DNA of 64,000 nucleotides, from positions 8,928,001-8,992,000 of the forward strand of contig OZ024759.1 of the NCBI GenBank assembly GCA_964016885.1. The letters are read 5' to 3'. The position numbers and the translations under genes were made by a program. Of the stretch, positions 50,611-64,000 are shown one piece after another. Below the pieces are notes generated by a model. That model searched no databases and was not told where the DNA came from. It saw nothing but the letters and a program-made list of their open reading frames with translations. Every line of letters begins with the position of its first letter. The first letter of the stretch is position 1. This stretch comes from Eledone cirrhosa (Eukaryota).

Positions 50611-53600
50611 ATGGCTGATATAAGAGTTGGGTGTCTGAATGTACGTGGCCTGGGACTGTCTTGGAAACAAGGCAAACTTTTAAACGATCTCAGGTCGCAT
50701 AGAATGGATGTAATGGCTATTTGCGAGTCCAGGATCAGCAGCGAGCACCAACTGGCGCCCCTCTTCGACGACTTTGAGATCTTCGCATCTCTCTGTCAAC
50801 CGGGGGGTGGGGGTGGAGTTGTCGTTCTGCTGCGAAAACACCTGGGCCTCGCCATACAGAAGGTGCACCTGGACCCGGAGGGTCGACTGGTGGTTTTAGA
50901 CGTCGGCAGTAGTGAAAGTGGAGCCCTTAGACTAATAGCTGTGTACGCCCCTTTTTGGGCAGCGCGGCCGGAATACTTCCAACGTCTGGAAACTTTTCTG
51001 GGAACGTCCCGCTCCTTGCTTTTAGTGGGGGACTGGAATGGTATCCTGGATGCACGTTGGGACTATGTAGGGGCATGTGCCAATAGAGGGGGGTGTAAAA
51101 GCCTCAAAAGGTTAATCGGCCGATTTGACCTGGCCGATAGATATCGACTAGATTTTCCGACTGTACCACTATGGACGTGGACCAATCGCAGTGGAACATC
51201 TAGGTCGTACCTAGATAGGGTCCTAGTTAGAGAGAACGATAGGGACACATTTAGCTGTCCAAAAATGTTCATGGTTGACTATTCGGATCACAAGTTAGTG
51301 ACCTGCATAGCCAACCTTGATAGAACCCATAGACAGGGACCCGGTTACTGGAAGCTGAACTTGTCCTTACCGAGAAGCAAAGCTTACAGTAAACGGATTA
51401 GCACGTTAGTTAAGCAGAGTTTGACAGGGGCAATTGTCAACAACAGGTGGTGGAGCTCTCTTAAGAGAGCAATTAGAATAGAATCGATAGGTTTTAGTCA
51501 GGAATTAGCAAGGGATAGGAACAAGACGGAAAGGGAATTAGTAGATAGAGTAGAAGAGGCGATTAGGAGTGGCAATGTAGCCGGCGTGCTGGCATCAAGA
51601 ATGGCCTTAGACCAGTTCTTTGAGGTGAAGCATGAAGGCTGCGTTGTCAGGAGTAAAATACGTGCTCTGGGTAATGAGGGAGCCAAAGCTGTGAGCTGGG
51701 CCCGAGTGACAGAGGCAAAAAGTGGGAACAAGTCCACGATTCGGTCTTTGAAGGACCAGGATGGGCGTGTGATCCTTGAACCTGGGCAGATGTGTGCGGC
51801 CTTTCAGCGGCACTTTGCACGACTGTTCGGGAGGGGCGGCGCGCCGGGTGAGACTATGGATTTCAATCCATACCTCGACGGTCTGCCGCGCCTCTCGGAC
51901 GCGGAGGCGAAGTCCTGCGAAAGGACGATTTCAGCTGCTGAGATAGGGGCGGCGCTGAGCCAATGCGGCAAACGCAAATCCCCGGGTCTCGATGGTCTAC
52001 CATACGAGCTATATGTAGCGATGCCGGACTTGTTCTCCGATATCCTCGAAGCGGTCTACTGCAACTGGCAGCAGAACGGGAGAATTCCCAGTTCTGTGAC
52101 CAAGGGCGTAGTTACGCTGGTGAGGAAGGATGAGAACAAGGGGGATGACATAAGTAACTTCAGGCCCATAACTCTGCTAAATACAGAGTTAAAGATTTTG
52201 GCCAAGGTGTTAGCGAAGAGGTTGGCGCTTGTCGTTGGAAACCTGGTGGGAGAAGCGCAGACATGCGCAATCCCGTCCAGGTCCATTCACGACAATCTCC
52301 ACCTTATGCGATACATCATAGAGAGGGTAGGGAATGAACCCGGCTTTGGTGGGGCCCTGATCAACTTGGATCAATCTAAAGCTTTCGATAGGGTTGACCA
52401 TCGTTACCTGGATGCGGTGCTCGCGGCGGCAGGCTTCGGACCCGTTTTCAGGGGTTGGATTGCTGCGATGCACAGCAGCAACGTCTGCTCAAGGGTCAAG
52501 GTGAACGGCCACCTCTCGGAGCCGTTCCAAATCATGCGATCCATCCGACAGGGATGCCCTCTCTCCTCCCTACTGTATGTGCTGGCTCTTGAGCCACTAC
52601 TGCGGAAGTTGGAGCGGTTGCAGGGCATCCCTTTGGAACCGGGATTGCAGAAAGCGGCGTCGGCCTACGCCGATGACGTGACAGTAATGGTGTCGAAAAC
52701 CTCGCAAATCGGTGAGATCGGCACCTTACTGGAGGAATATGAAAGGTTTACAGGAGCCAAGCTGAACCGGGACAAGTCCGTCGGTTTGCAACTCGGAACA
52801 TGGAGAGGCAAACCGATGCCCTCCAACGACGTCGTCGGACGCTGGACGGAGGGCCCGGTGAAGCTGCTTGGGGTCTGGTTCGGACCAGACCTCCAGGTGG
52901 AGAAAAACTGGAACGAGGTAACGGCCAGGGTGTTTGCACTCACCCAGAAGTGGGCCCAGTGCAAACTATCCCTGAAAGGTCGAGCGGAGGTGGCGAATAC
53001 TTATATAGCATCCGTTATCTACTACCGCTTGACCGTCGTGCCTTGCCCAGTGAAAAGACTCGCCAAAATGGAGTGCGCGCTGTTCCAATTTCTTTGGAAC
53101 AAGCGGACCCCTTTGGTGAGGAGATCCATCTGCTGTCAACACCCTTCGAAAGGAGGGCTGGGGATGCCGTGGCTACAGATGCGTAAACACGCATTAAGGC
53201 TACGGCACCTCCAGGTATTCCTCACCGGTCAACCGGTGTGGGCCCCGTTTGTGAGGCGAGCCTTTCCCAGACTCGTCTCGCTCACCGAGCTGCAATCCTG
53301 GGTCAAGCAAAGACCGAGAAAAGTGGGCGACTGGCACATTGAATGTGCCCAGGCGCTCACGGCCCTCTGGAAAGCGGACCCGGCAATCAGTGGAGACTCC
53401 ACGTCGACATTCTATAGAGGGTTGGTACGCAGCAGGTGCGACGATGCTCTCGGAGAAGCTCTAGACATGGAGGAAGATGAACTGGCCAGTCTGTTCGGTA
53501 GGACGTTTGGCCCTGGACCGATGGACAACTTCCAAAAGTCCCTGGCTTGGCAGTGCTACCGAGGGGCTCTACCCGTTCGAGACAAGCTCCACAGGCATGG

Positions 53601-54048
53601 GAGCCTGGGTAGAGATCCTTTGAATAAGATCTGTCCGAGATGCGTGCATGATGACGAAACCGTTGCGCACGCATTCGTACACTGCCCAGGCATTGCTGAC
53701 CTGTGGGGCTATGTGGAACGACTACTGTCGAGGGTGGGACCAATCCGGTTGACCACCGAGTCCATTGTCACGATCAAACCGCCTCCCCCTTTCAAAAACG
53801 AAGGAGAGGCGGTTTTTCTCTGTGTGGTAGCCATGGCTAAAGAAGTTGTATGGTGGACGAGGCTGAAAGGGCTGAGGTCAGACACCTTTCTCTCCGGCCA
53901 ACAACTGGTCCCCTTTTTCAAATACCATTTTAAAAGAAGGATCAGAATGGAGAGAGAGGTGCTCTACCCCAGCAAGTTTTATGAAAGGTGGGTGAAAGTA
54001 GGGAGAATGGCCAGAGTGAATGGGTCTTCTCTCTATATCAGCCTGTAG
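50611..54048 (+). CDS. Tx1 ORF2p (1145 aa): APE endonuclease, RT and C-terminal CCHC
   Basis: LNVRGL, GDWN, SYLDR, SDH, GYWKLN, KSPGLDGL, DQSKAFDRV, RQGCPLS, AYADD, GGLG, CPRC...ETVAH...C. Confidence 0.97.
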   Translation: MADIRVGCLNVRGLGLSWKQGKLLNDLRSHRMDVMAICESRISSEHQLAPLFDDFEIFASLCQPGGGGGVVVLLRKHLGLAIQKVHLDPEGRLVVLDVGSSESGALRLIAVYAPFWAARPEYFQRLETFLGTSRSLLLVGDWNGILDARWDYVGACANRGGCKSLKRLIGRFDLADRYRLDFPTVPLWTWTNRSGTSRSYLDRVLVRENDRDTFSCPKMFMVDYSDHKLVTCIANLDRTHRQGPGYWKLNLSLPRSKAYSKRISTLVKQSLTGAIVNNRWWSSLKRAIRIESIGFSQELARDRNKTERELVDRVEEAIRSGNVAGVLASRMALDQFFEVKHEGCVVRSKIRALGNEGAKAVSWARVTEAKSGNKSTIRSLKDQDGRVILEPGQMCAAFQRHFARLFGRGGAPGETMDFNPYLDGLPRLSDAEAKSCERTISAAEIGAALSQCGKRKSPGLDGLPYELYVAMPDLFSDILEAVYCNWQQNGRIPSSVTKGVVTLVRKDENKGDDISNFRPITLLNTELKILAKVLAKRLALVVGNLVGEAQTCAIPSRSIHDNLHLMRYIIERVGNEPGFGGALINLDQSKAFDRVDHRYLDAVLAAAGFGPVFRGWIAAMHSSNVCSRVKVNGHLSEPFQIMRSIRQGCPLSSLLYVLALEPLLRKLERLQGIPLEPGLQKAASAYADDVTVMVSKTSQIGEIGTLLEEYERFTGAKLNRDKSVGLQLGTWRGKPMPSNDVVGRWTEGPVKLLGVWFGPDLQVEKNWNEVTARVFALTQKWAQCKLSLKGRAEVANTYIASVIYYRLTVVPCPVKRLAKMECALFQFLWNKRTPLVRRSICCQHPSKGGLGMPWLQMRKHALRLRHLQVFLTGQPVWAPFVRRAFPRLVSLTELQSWVKQRPRKVGDWHIECAQALTALWKADPAISGDSTSTFYRGLVRSRCDDALGEALDMEEDELASLFGRTFGPGPMDNFQKSLAWQCYRGALPVRDKLHRHGSLGRDPLNKICPRCVHDDETVAHAFVHCPGIADLWGYVERLLSRVGPIRLTTESIVTIKPPPPFKNEGEAVFLCVVAMAKEVVWWTRLKGLRSDTFLSGQQLVPFFKYHFKRRIRMEREVLYPSKFYERWVKVGRMARVNGSSLYISL

Positions 54049-54441
54049 GTGAAAGAAGAGGAAAAAGAGGAGACGAGGGAAGCACCTACTCTTTGTGCTC
54101 CTGAGGAGAAGGGTTACACATTTTTTCCGGGGTGTGTGCGACCCATGTTAATGCCCCCTCCCTATTGAGGACTTCGTTTGTTGTTGTTATTTCATTGTTA
54201 TATTTTTGTACTCGTTAATTATATGTAAACTTCCCCCCTTGTATCTGTCCCTACCTTTTGTGCCCTAGTGGCAAATAAAGAAACCACTCTATATATACTA
54301 TTGTATTGTCACAGTAAAGGCTTTACCTCACATAATATCTCACATAACATTTACATTACTCTATATATACTATTATATTTTGCTGGGGGTGCCGATGGTG
54401 GTGATGATCATGATGATAGTGATGATGATGTCTATTTACAG

Positions 54442-54527
54442 GCCACAGACCCAGATGATGACAAGCTGACCTTCACTGCCAAATCCACTGGGGATTATTT
54501 CCAGACAAAACCCTCCTCATCTGACAA
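54442..54527 (+). CDS. Cadherin-repeat protein, exon H (ATDPDDDKLTFTAKSTGDYFQTKPSSSD)
   Basis: tttacag acceptor; ATDPD motif; weak gtttgt donor chosen because it gives phase 2, compatible with the next exon. Confidence 0.85.
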
Positions 54528-54664
54528 GTTTGTATATTTATTGTTTATTTAATATCAACCAATAAAGATACCTTTGAGTCTCAATACTTATCCTTTACAG
54601 CATGTTAAAAATAACAGCAATAAAAATAAAATTCTCCCCCAACTAAGAGGCTCCCTTCTTGACT

Positions 54665-55420
54665 CTTCCATTACCATATTTCTAATGAAAGACACTGTCT
54701 ATGTCATTAACCCTTCCATTACCATATTTCTAATGTAAGACACTGTCTATGTCATTAACCCTTTCATTACCATATTTCTAATGAAAGACACTGTCTATGT
54801 CATTAACCCTTCCATTACCATATTTCTAATGAAAGACACTGTCTATGTCATTAACCCTTCCATTACCATATTTCTAATGAAAGACACTGTCTATGTCATT
54901 AACCCTTTCATTACCATATTTCTAATGAAAGACACTGTCTATGTCATTAACCCTTTCATTACCATATTTCTAATGAAAGACACTGTCTATGTCATTAACC
55001 CTTCCATTACCATATTTCTAATGAAAGACACTGTCTATGTCATTAACCCTTTCATTACCATATTTCTAATGAAAGACACTGTCTATGTCATTAACTCTTT
55101 CATTACCATATTTCTAATGAAAGACACTGTCTATGTCTTTAACCCTTCCATTACCATATTTCTAATGAAAGACACTGTCTATGTCATTAACCCTTCCATT
55201 ACCATATTTCTAATGAAAGACACTGTCTATGTCATTAACCCTTTCATTACCATATTTCTAATGAAAGACACTGTCTATGTCATTAACCCTTTCATTACCA
55301 TATTTCTAATGAAAGACACTGTCTATGTCTTTAACCCCTTCATTACCATATTTCTAATGAAAGACACTGTCTATGTCATTAACCCTTTCATTAACATATT
55401 TCTAATGAAAGACACTGCCT
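54665..55420. repeat. 48-bp minisatellite (about 15.5 units)
   Basis: Unit ttaaccctt(c/t)cattaccatatttctaatgaaagacactgtctatgtca. Confidence 0.96.
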
Positions 55421-55655
55421 ATGATTTTTCAAATCATTTTGAAAATTACCAAGAATTTGTAGGTATTTAGTAAAATAACTTTCTCGTTATTAAGTTGGTG
55501 TTTGTGTGTATATATATTTATATATATATACATATATGTATGTGTCTATGATTAAATATGTGTATATATATATATATATATGTATGTTGATCATCATCAT
55601 CATCATCATCATCGTTTAACGTCCGTGTTCCACGCTTGCATGTTTATATATATGT

Positions 55656-55718
<63 letters not shown>

Positions 55719-55731
55719 ATGTTTACTTTAG

Positions 55732-55822
55732 GTCATGTTTTGTCCTAACATTGATGAGATGGCTCAATGAATCCGCTCCTAATAATATCTCTGTCAATCT
55801 CACAGTCTCTGATACAGTCGAT
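55732..55822 (+). CDS. Cadherin-repeat protein, exon I (SCFVLTLMRWLNESAPNNISVNLTVSDTVD)
   Basis: ctttag acceptor and gtaagt donor; L.VSD motif; phase 2 to 0. Confidence 0.85.
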
Positions 55823-56049
55823 GTAAGTAGTTTTTAGAAACATTGCTTTTTCGCTTTCAGTCATTTCACTCTGGCCATGCTGGGGCATCATATTCTTTCA
55901 TTCCTTTACTACTGTCTGTCAGTTGTACTGTCATATGCTAAGGCACTACCATCTGTCAGTCATTCGACACGGGCCAGACTGGGGCACTGCCTTCTCGCCT
56001 TACTGTCAGTCGTTAGATAGTGTCCAGGCTGGAACACTCCCATCTGTTT

Positions 56050-59000
56050 CTATACTATACACTATATAATACTATACTATACACTATATTATACTATACA
56101 CTACACTATACACTATATTATACTATACACTACACTATACACTATATTATACTATACACTACACTACACAATACTATACTATACACTATATTATACTATA
56201 CACTACACTACATTATACTATACTATACACTATATTATACTATACACTACACTACACTATACACTATATTATACTATACACTACACTATACTATACTATA
56301 CACTATATTATACTATACACTACACTAAACTATACTATACTATACACTATATTATACTATACAGTACACTATACTATACTATACACTATATTATACTATA
56401 CACTATATTATACTATACAGTACACTATACTATACTATACACTATATTATACTATACAGTACACTATACTATACTATACACTATATTATACTATACATTA
56501 TATTATACTATACACTACTCTATACTATACTATACACTATATTATACTATACACCATATTATACTATACACTACACTACACTATACTATACACTATATTA
56601 TACTATACACTACACTACACTATACTATACTATACACTATATTATACTATACACTACACTATACTATACACTATATTATACTATACACCATATTATACTA
56701 TACACTACACTATACTATACACTATATTATACTATACACTACACTACACTATACTATACACTATATTATATTATACACTACACTATACACTATACTATAC
56801 TATACACTATATTATACTATACACTAAACTACACTATACTATACTATACACTATATTATACTATACACTATACTATACACTATATTATACTATACACTAC
56901 ACTATACACTACACTACACAATACTATACTATATTATACTATACACTACACTACACTATACTATACTATACACTATATTATACTATACACTACACTATAC
57001 TATACTATACACTATATTATACTATACACTACACTATACTATATTATACACTATATTATACTATACACTACACTAAACTATACTATACTATACACTATAT
57101 TATACTATACACCATATTATACTATACACTACACTACACTACACTATACTATACTATACACTATATTATACTATACACTATATTATACTATACACTACTC
57201 TATACTATACTATACACTACACTATACTATACACTATATTATACTATACACCATATTATACTATACACTACACTACACTATACACTATATTATACTATAC
57301 ACTACACTACACTATACTATACTATACACTATATTATACTATACACTACACTATACTATACACTATATTATACTATACACTATATTATACTATACACTAC
57401 TCTATACTATACTATACACTATATTATACTATACACCATATTATACTATACACTACACTACACTACACTATACTATACACTATATTATACTATACACCAT
57501 ATTATACTATACACTACACTACACTATACTATACACTATATTATACTATACACTACACTACACTATACTATACTATACACTATATTATACTATACACTAA
57601 ACTACACTATACTATACTATACACTATATTATACTATACACTATACTATACACTATATTATACTATACACTACACTATACACTACACTACACAATACTAT
57701 ACTATATTATACTATACACTACACTACACTATACTATACTATACACTATATTATACTATACACTACACTATACTATACTATACACTATATTATACTATAC
57801 ACTACACTATACTATATTATACACTATATTATACTATACACTACACTAAACTATACTATACTATACACTATATTATACTATACACCATATTATACTATAC
57901 ACTACACTAAACTATACTATACTATACACCATATTATACTATACACTACACTACACTATACTATACACCATATTATACTATACACTACACTACACTATAC
58001 TATACTATACACTATATTATACTAAACACTATATTATACTATACACTACTCTATACTATACTATACACTATATTATACTATACACCATATTATACTATAC
58101 ACTACACTACACTACACTATACTATACACTATATTATACTATACACTACACTACACTATACTATACTATACACTATAATATACTATACTATACACTACAC
58201 TATACTATACACTATATTATACTATACACTACACTATACTATACTATACTATACACTATATTATACTATACACTACACTATACTATACACTATATTATAC
58301 TATACACTACACTACATTATACTATACTATACACTATATTATATTATACACTACACTACACTATACACTATACTATACTATACACTATATTATACTATAC
58401 ACTACACTACACTATACTATACACTATATTATATTATACACTACACTATACTATACACTATATTATACTATACACTACACTATACTATACTATACTATAC
58501 ACTATATTATACTATACACTACACTATACTATACACTATATTATACTATACACTACACAATACTCTACTATACACTATATTATACTATACACTACACTAA
58601 ACTATACTATACACTATATTATACTATACACTACACTATACTATACACTATATTATACTATACACCATATTATACTATACACTACACTACACTACACTAT
58701 ACTATACTATACACTATATTATACTATACACTACTCTATACTATACTATACACTATATTATACTATACACCATATTATACTATACACTACACTACACTAT
58801 ACTATACACTATATTATACTATACACTATATTATACTATACACCATATTATACTATACACTACACTACACTACACTATACTATACACTATATTATACTAT
58901 ACACTACACTACACTATAATATACTATACACTATATTATACTATACACTAAACTACACTATACTATATATTATACTATACACTACACTACACTATACTAT

Positions 59001-62000
59001 ACACTACACTAAACTATACTATACTATACACTACACTACACTATACTATACACTATATTATACACTACACTATACTATACTATACACTATATTATATTCT
59101 ACACTATACTATACACTATACTATACTATACACTATATTATACTATACACTACACTATACTATACTATACACTACATTATACTATACACTACACTACACT
59201 ATACTCTACTATACACTATATTATACTATACACTACACTACACTATACTATACACTATACTATACTATACACTATATTATACTATACACTACATTACACT
59301 ATACTATACACTATACTATACACTATATTATACTATACACTACACTATACTATACTATACACTACATTATACTATACACTACACTACACTATACTATACT
59401 ATACACTATATTATATTATACACTACACTATACTCTACTATACACTATATTATACTATACACTACATTACACTATACTATACTATACACTATACTATACA
59501 CTACACTATACTATACACTATACTATACTATACACTATATTATACTATACACTACACTATACTATACTATACACTATATTATATTATACACTACACTACA
59601 CTATACTATACACTATACTATACACTATATTATACTATACACTACACTATACTATACACTACATTATACTATACACTACACTACACTATACTATACTATA
59701 CACTATATTATATTATACACTACACTATACTCTACTATACACTATATTATACTATACACTACACTATACTATACACTATACTATACTATACACTATATTA
59801 TACTATACACTACATTACACTATACTATACTATACACTATATTATACTATACACTACACTATACTATACACTATATTATATTATACACTACACTATACTA
59901 TACACTATATTATACAATACACTACACTATACTATACTATACACTATATTATACTATACACTACACTATACTATACTATTCACTATATTATACTATACAC
60001 TACACTACACTATACTATACACTATATTATACTATACACTAAACTACACTATACTATACTATACACTATATTATACTATACACTACACTATACTATACTA
60101 TACACTATATTATACTATACACTACACTAAACTATACTATACACTATATTATACTATACACTACACTACACTATACTATACTATACACTATATTATATTA
60201 TACACTACACTACACTATACTATACACTATACTATACACTATACTATACTATACACTATATTATACTATACACTACACTATACTATACTATACTATACTA
60301 TACTATACACTATATTATACTATACACTACACTACACTACACTATACTATACTATACACTATATTATACTATACACTACACTAAACTATACTATACTATA
60401 CACTATATTATACTATACACTACACTATACTATACTATACTATACACTATATTATACTATACACTACATTACACTATACTATACACTATACTATACTATA
60501 CACTATATTATACTATACACTACACTATACTATACTATACTATACACTATATTATACTATACACTATACTATACTATACTATACACTATATTATACTATC
60601 CACTACACTATACTATACTATACACTATATTATACTATACACTACACTACACTATACTATACACTATATTATACTATACACTACACTATACTATACTATA
60701 CACTATATTATACTATACACTACACTACACTATACTATACTATACACTATATTATACTATACACTACACTACACTATACTATACTATACATTATATTATA
60801 TTCTACACTACACTATACTATACACTATACTATACTACACACTATATTATACTATACACTACACTATACTATACTATACTATACACTATATTATACTATA
60901 CACTACACTATACTATACTATACTAAACACTATATTATACTATACACTACACTAAACTATACTATACACTACACTATACTATACTATACTATACACTATA
61001 TTATACTATACACTACACTATACTATACTATACTATACACTATATTATACTATACACCATATTCTACTATACACTACACTATACTATACTATACACTATA
61101 TTATACTATACACCATATTATACTATACACTACACTACACTATACTATACACTATATTATACTATACACTACACTACACTATACTATACACTACACTACA
61201 CTATACACTACACTATACTATACTATACACCATATTATACTATACACTACACTACACTATACACTATATTATACTATACACTACACTACACTATACTATA
61301 CACTATATTATACTATACACTACACTATACTATACTATACACTATATTATACTATACACTACACTAAACTATACTATACTATACACTATATTATATTATA
61401 CACTACACTACACTATACTATACACTATATTATACTATACACTACACTATACTATACTATACACTATATTATACTATACACTACACTATACTATACTATA
61501 CACTATATTATACTATACACTATACTATACTATATACTACACTACACTATACTATACACTATACTATACTATACACTATATTATACTATACACTACATTA
61601 CACTATACTATACACTATACTATACTATACACTATATTATACTATACACTACACTACACTATACTATACTGTACACTATATTATATTATACACTACACTA
61701 TACTATACTATACACTATATTATACTATACACTACACTACACTATACTATACTATACACTATATTATATTATACACTACACTATACTATACTATACACTA
61801 TATTATACTATACACTACACTACACTATACTATACTATACACTACACTAAACTATACTGTACTATACACTATATTATACTATACACTACACTATACTGTA
61901 CTATACACTATATTATACTATACACTACACTATACTATACTATTCACTATATTATACTATACACTACACTATACTATACTATACACTATATTATACTATA

Positions 62001-63146
62001 GACTACACTACACTATACACTACACTATACACTACACTATACTATACACTATATTATACTATACACTATACTATACACTATATTATACACTATAGTATAC
62101 ACTATACTATACACTATACTATACTATACACTACACTATACTATACACTAAACTATACACTATACTATACACTAAACTATACACTATATTATACACTGTA
62201 CTATACACTACACTACACTATACTATACACTACACTATACTATACTATACACTACACTATACTATACCCTACACTATACTATACCCTATATTATACACTG
62301 TACTATACACTACACTATACTATACTATACTATACACTACACTATACTATACCCTATATTATACACTATACTATACACTATACTATACACTACACTATAC
62401 TATACCCTATATTATACAATGTACTATACACTACACTATACTATACTATACACTACACTATACTATACACTACACTATACTATACCCTATATTATACACT
62501 GTACTATACACTACACTATACTATACTATACACTACACTATACACTATACTATACTATACACTATACTATACACTATACTAAACACTATACTATACTATA
62601 CACTACACTATACTATACACTACACTACACTATACACTATATTATACACTATATTATACACTGTACTATACACTATACTATACACTATACTATACACTAT
62701 ACTATACACTATACTATACACTATACTATACACTATACTATATACTATACTATACACTACACTATACTATACACTACACTATACTATACTATACACTATA
62801 CTATACACTATACTATACTATACACTATACTCTACACTACACTATACTATACACTATACACTATACACTATACTATATACTATACTATACACTATACTAT
62901 ACACTACACTATACACTACACTATACTATACACTATACTATACTATACTACACTATACTATACACTACACTATACACTATACTATACACTACACTATACT
63001 ATATACTATACTATACACTATACTATATACTATACTATACACTACACTATACTATATACTCTACACTACACTATACACTATACTCTACACTATACTATAC
63101 ACTACACTATACTATACTCTACACTACACTATACTCTATTATACTC
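56050..63146. repeat. About 7.1-kb simple satellite of ACTAT/ACTAC/ATTAT/ACTATAC words
   Basis: Direct observation; almost no G on the + strand. Confidence 0.97.
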
Positions 63147-63216
63147 TAGAACCTATATTTTATTCCAAGTTCTATCTGATGTTCTCTACTATATACCATG
63201 TTCTCCTCCTCTTCAG

Positions 63217-63345
63217 GTGGATACCACAACAGTCAATGTCAACAAGATCAAAGTCAACAGCTATGTACCTATCTTTGTAAAAACAAAATACATATTTTCT
63301 GTGAAAGAGGATAAACCTAACGACACTGATGTGGGTACAGTAAAA
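63217..63345 (+). CDS. Cadherin-repeat protein, exon J (VDTTTVNV...VNSYVPIF...YIFSVKED...VGTVK); gene continues beyond the window
   Basis: cttcag acceptor and gtaagt donor; P.F....Y.f.V.E motif; 43 codons. Confidence 0.92.
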
Positions 63346-63444
63346 GTAAGTATCCTCACACCATCTCTCTCTCTCTCTCTTTCTACTTATATATATATAG
63401 AAGTATTAATAGATCGTTCCTCAAACTGATTGACAGTGAAACAT

Positions 63445-63783
63445 ATCATCAACATCATCATTTCATTTTACGTCCCCTTTTCCCTGCTTGCAAGGGTGGG
63501 ACGGGAACTGATTCTGGCTTGATTTCTACAGCTGGATGCCCTTCCTAACACCAACCTCATTTACAGTGAGTGCTGGGTGCTGTTTTGCCGTGGCACCTCC
63601 ACGACCACTTTGCAGTGGAATGATAGGGACTCCAGTCCCTATCATCTCATTTCTACAGCTGAGTAAACTGGAGCAATGCGAAATAAAGTGTCTTGCTCAA
63701 GGAAACAACACATCACCCGGTCTGAGAATTGAACTCACAACTTTTCGATTGCAAGGCCAACGCTCTAACCACTAAGCCATGTG
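63445..63783 (-). mobile_element. SINE family A
   Basis: Near-identical to 14957-15288. Confidence 0.9.
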
Positions 63784-64000
63784 CTTCCATATGTAATATG
63801 TAATTAAATATGTATATCATGCAACACTGATTCTTTGTTCCCTTATATAGTATCGTTGGAGTGTCTGGCGCCATGCTTTGCAGCCAAGAGTTACGGCCCT
63901 TTATGGTCTGAGTTCAAATCTCGCCGAAGCAAATTTTCCTATATCATCAGGTTTAGCGTCCGTGTTCCACGCTTGCATGGGTTTGGACGGGGTTTTTCCC

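Larger units (their letters stand above)
48651..54283 (+). mobile_element. Full-length Tx1-clade LINE, copy 2, intact
   Basis: Two intact ORFs; hairpin-rich 5'UTR; ends gtggcaaataaagaaa. Confidence 0.96.
41297..54380. repeat. 72-bp minisatellite split by two Tx1 insertions (41297-41581, 47233-48650, 54286-54380)
   Basis: Unit actctatatatactattgtatt(t/g)tcacagtaaaggctttacctcacataatatctcacataacatttacatt. Confidence 0.96.

Overview
AT-rich, repeat-dominated animal genomic DNA. The SINE/LINE repertoire looks cephalopod (octopus-like); that is an inference. The window lies inside one + strand multi-exon gene: 10 GT-AG exons (2668-63345, 1284 nt) splice in frame into 428 aa of about 4.5 cadherin repeats with degenerate Ca2+-binding motifs. 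The introns hold large tandem arrays (53, 26, 72 and 48 bp units, plus 5/7-mer and triplet repeats), an intact RTE LINE, two near-identical full-length Tx1-clade LINEs at the same phase of a 72-bp minisatellite, decayed LINEs and mariners, two tRNA-SINE families, and many short Penelope-like fold-back inserts carrying type I hammerhead ribozyme motifs. The most novel signal is in the Tx1 element: the ORF1 stop/inter-ORF spacer (in frame with ORF2 and overlapping a consensus splice donor) is complementary over about 46 nt to the 3'UTR 3.5 kb away, suggesting a long-range RNA switch that brackets ORF2. All analysis was by eye; exon and ORF coordinates were counted, and repeat boundaries are approximate.
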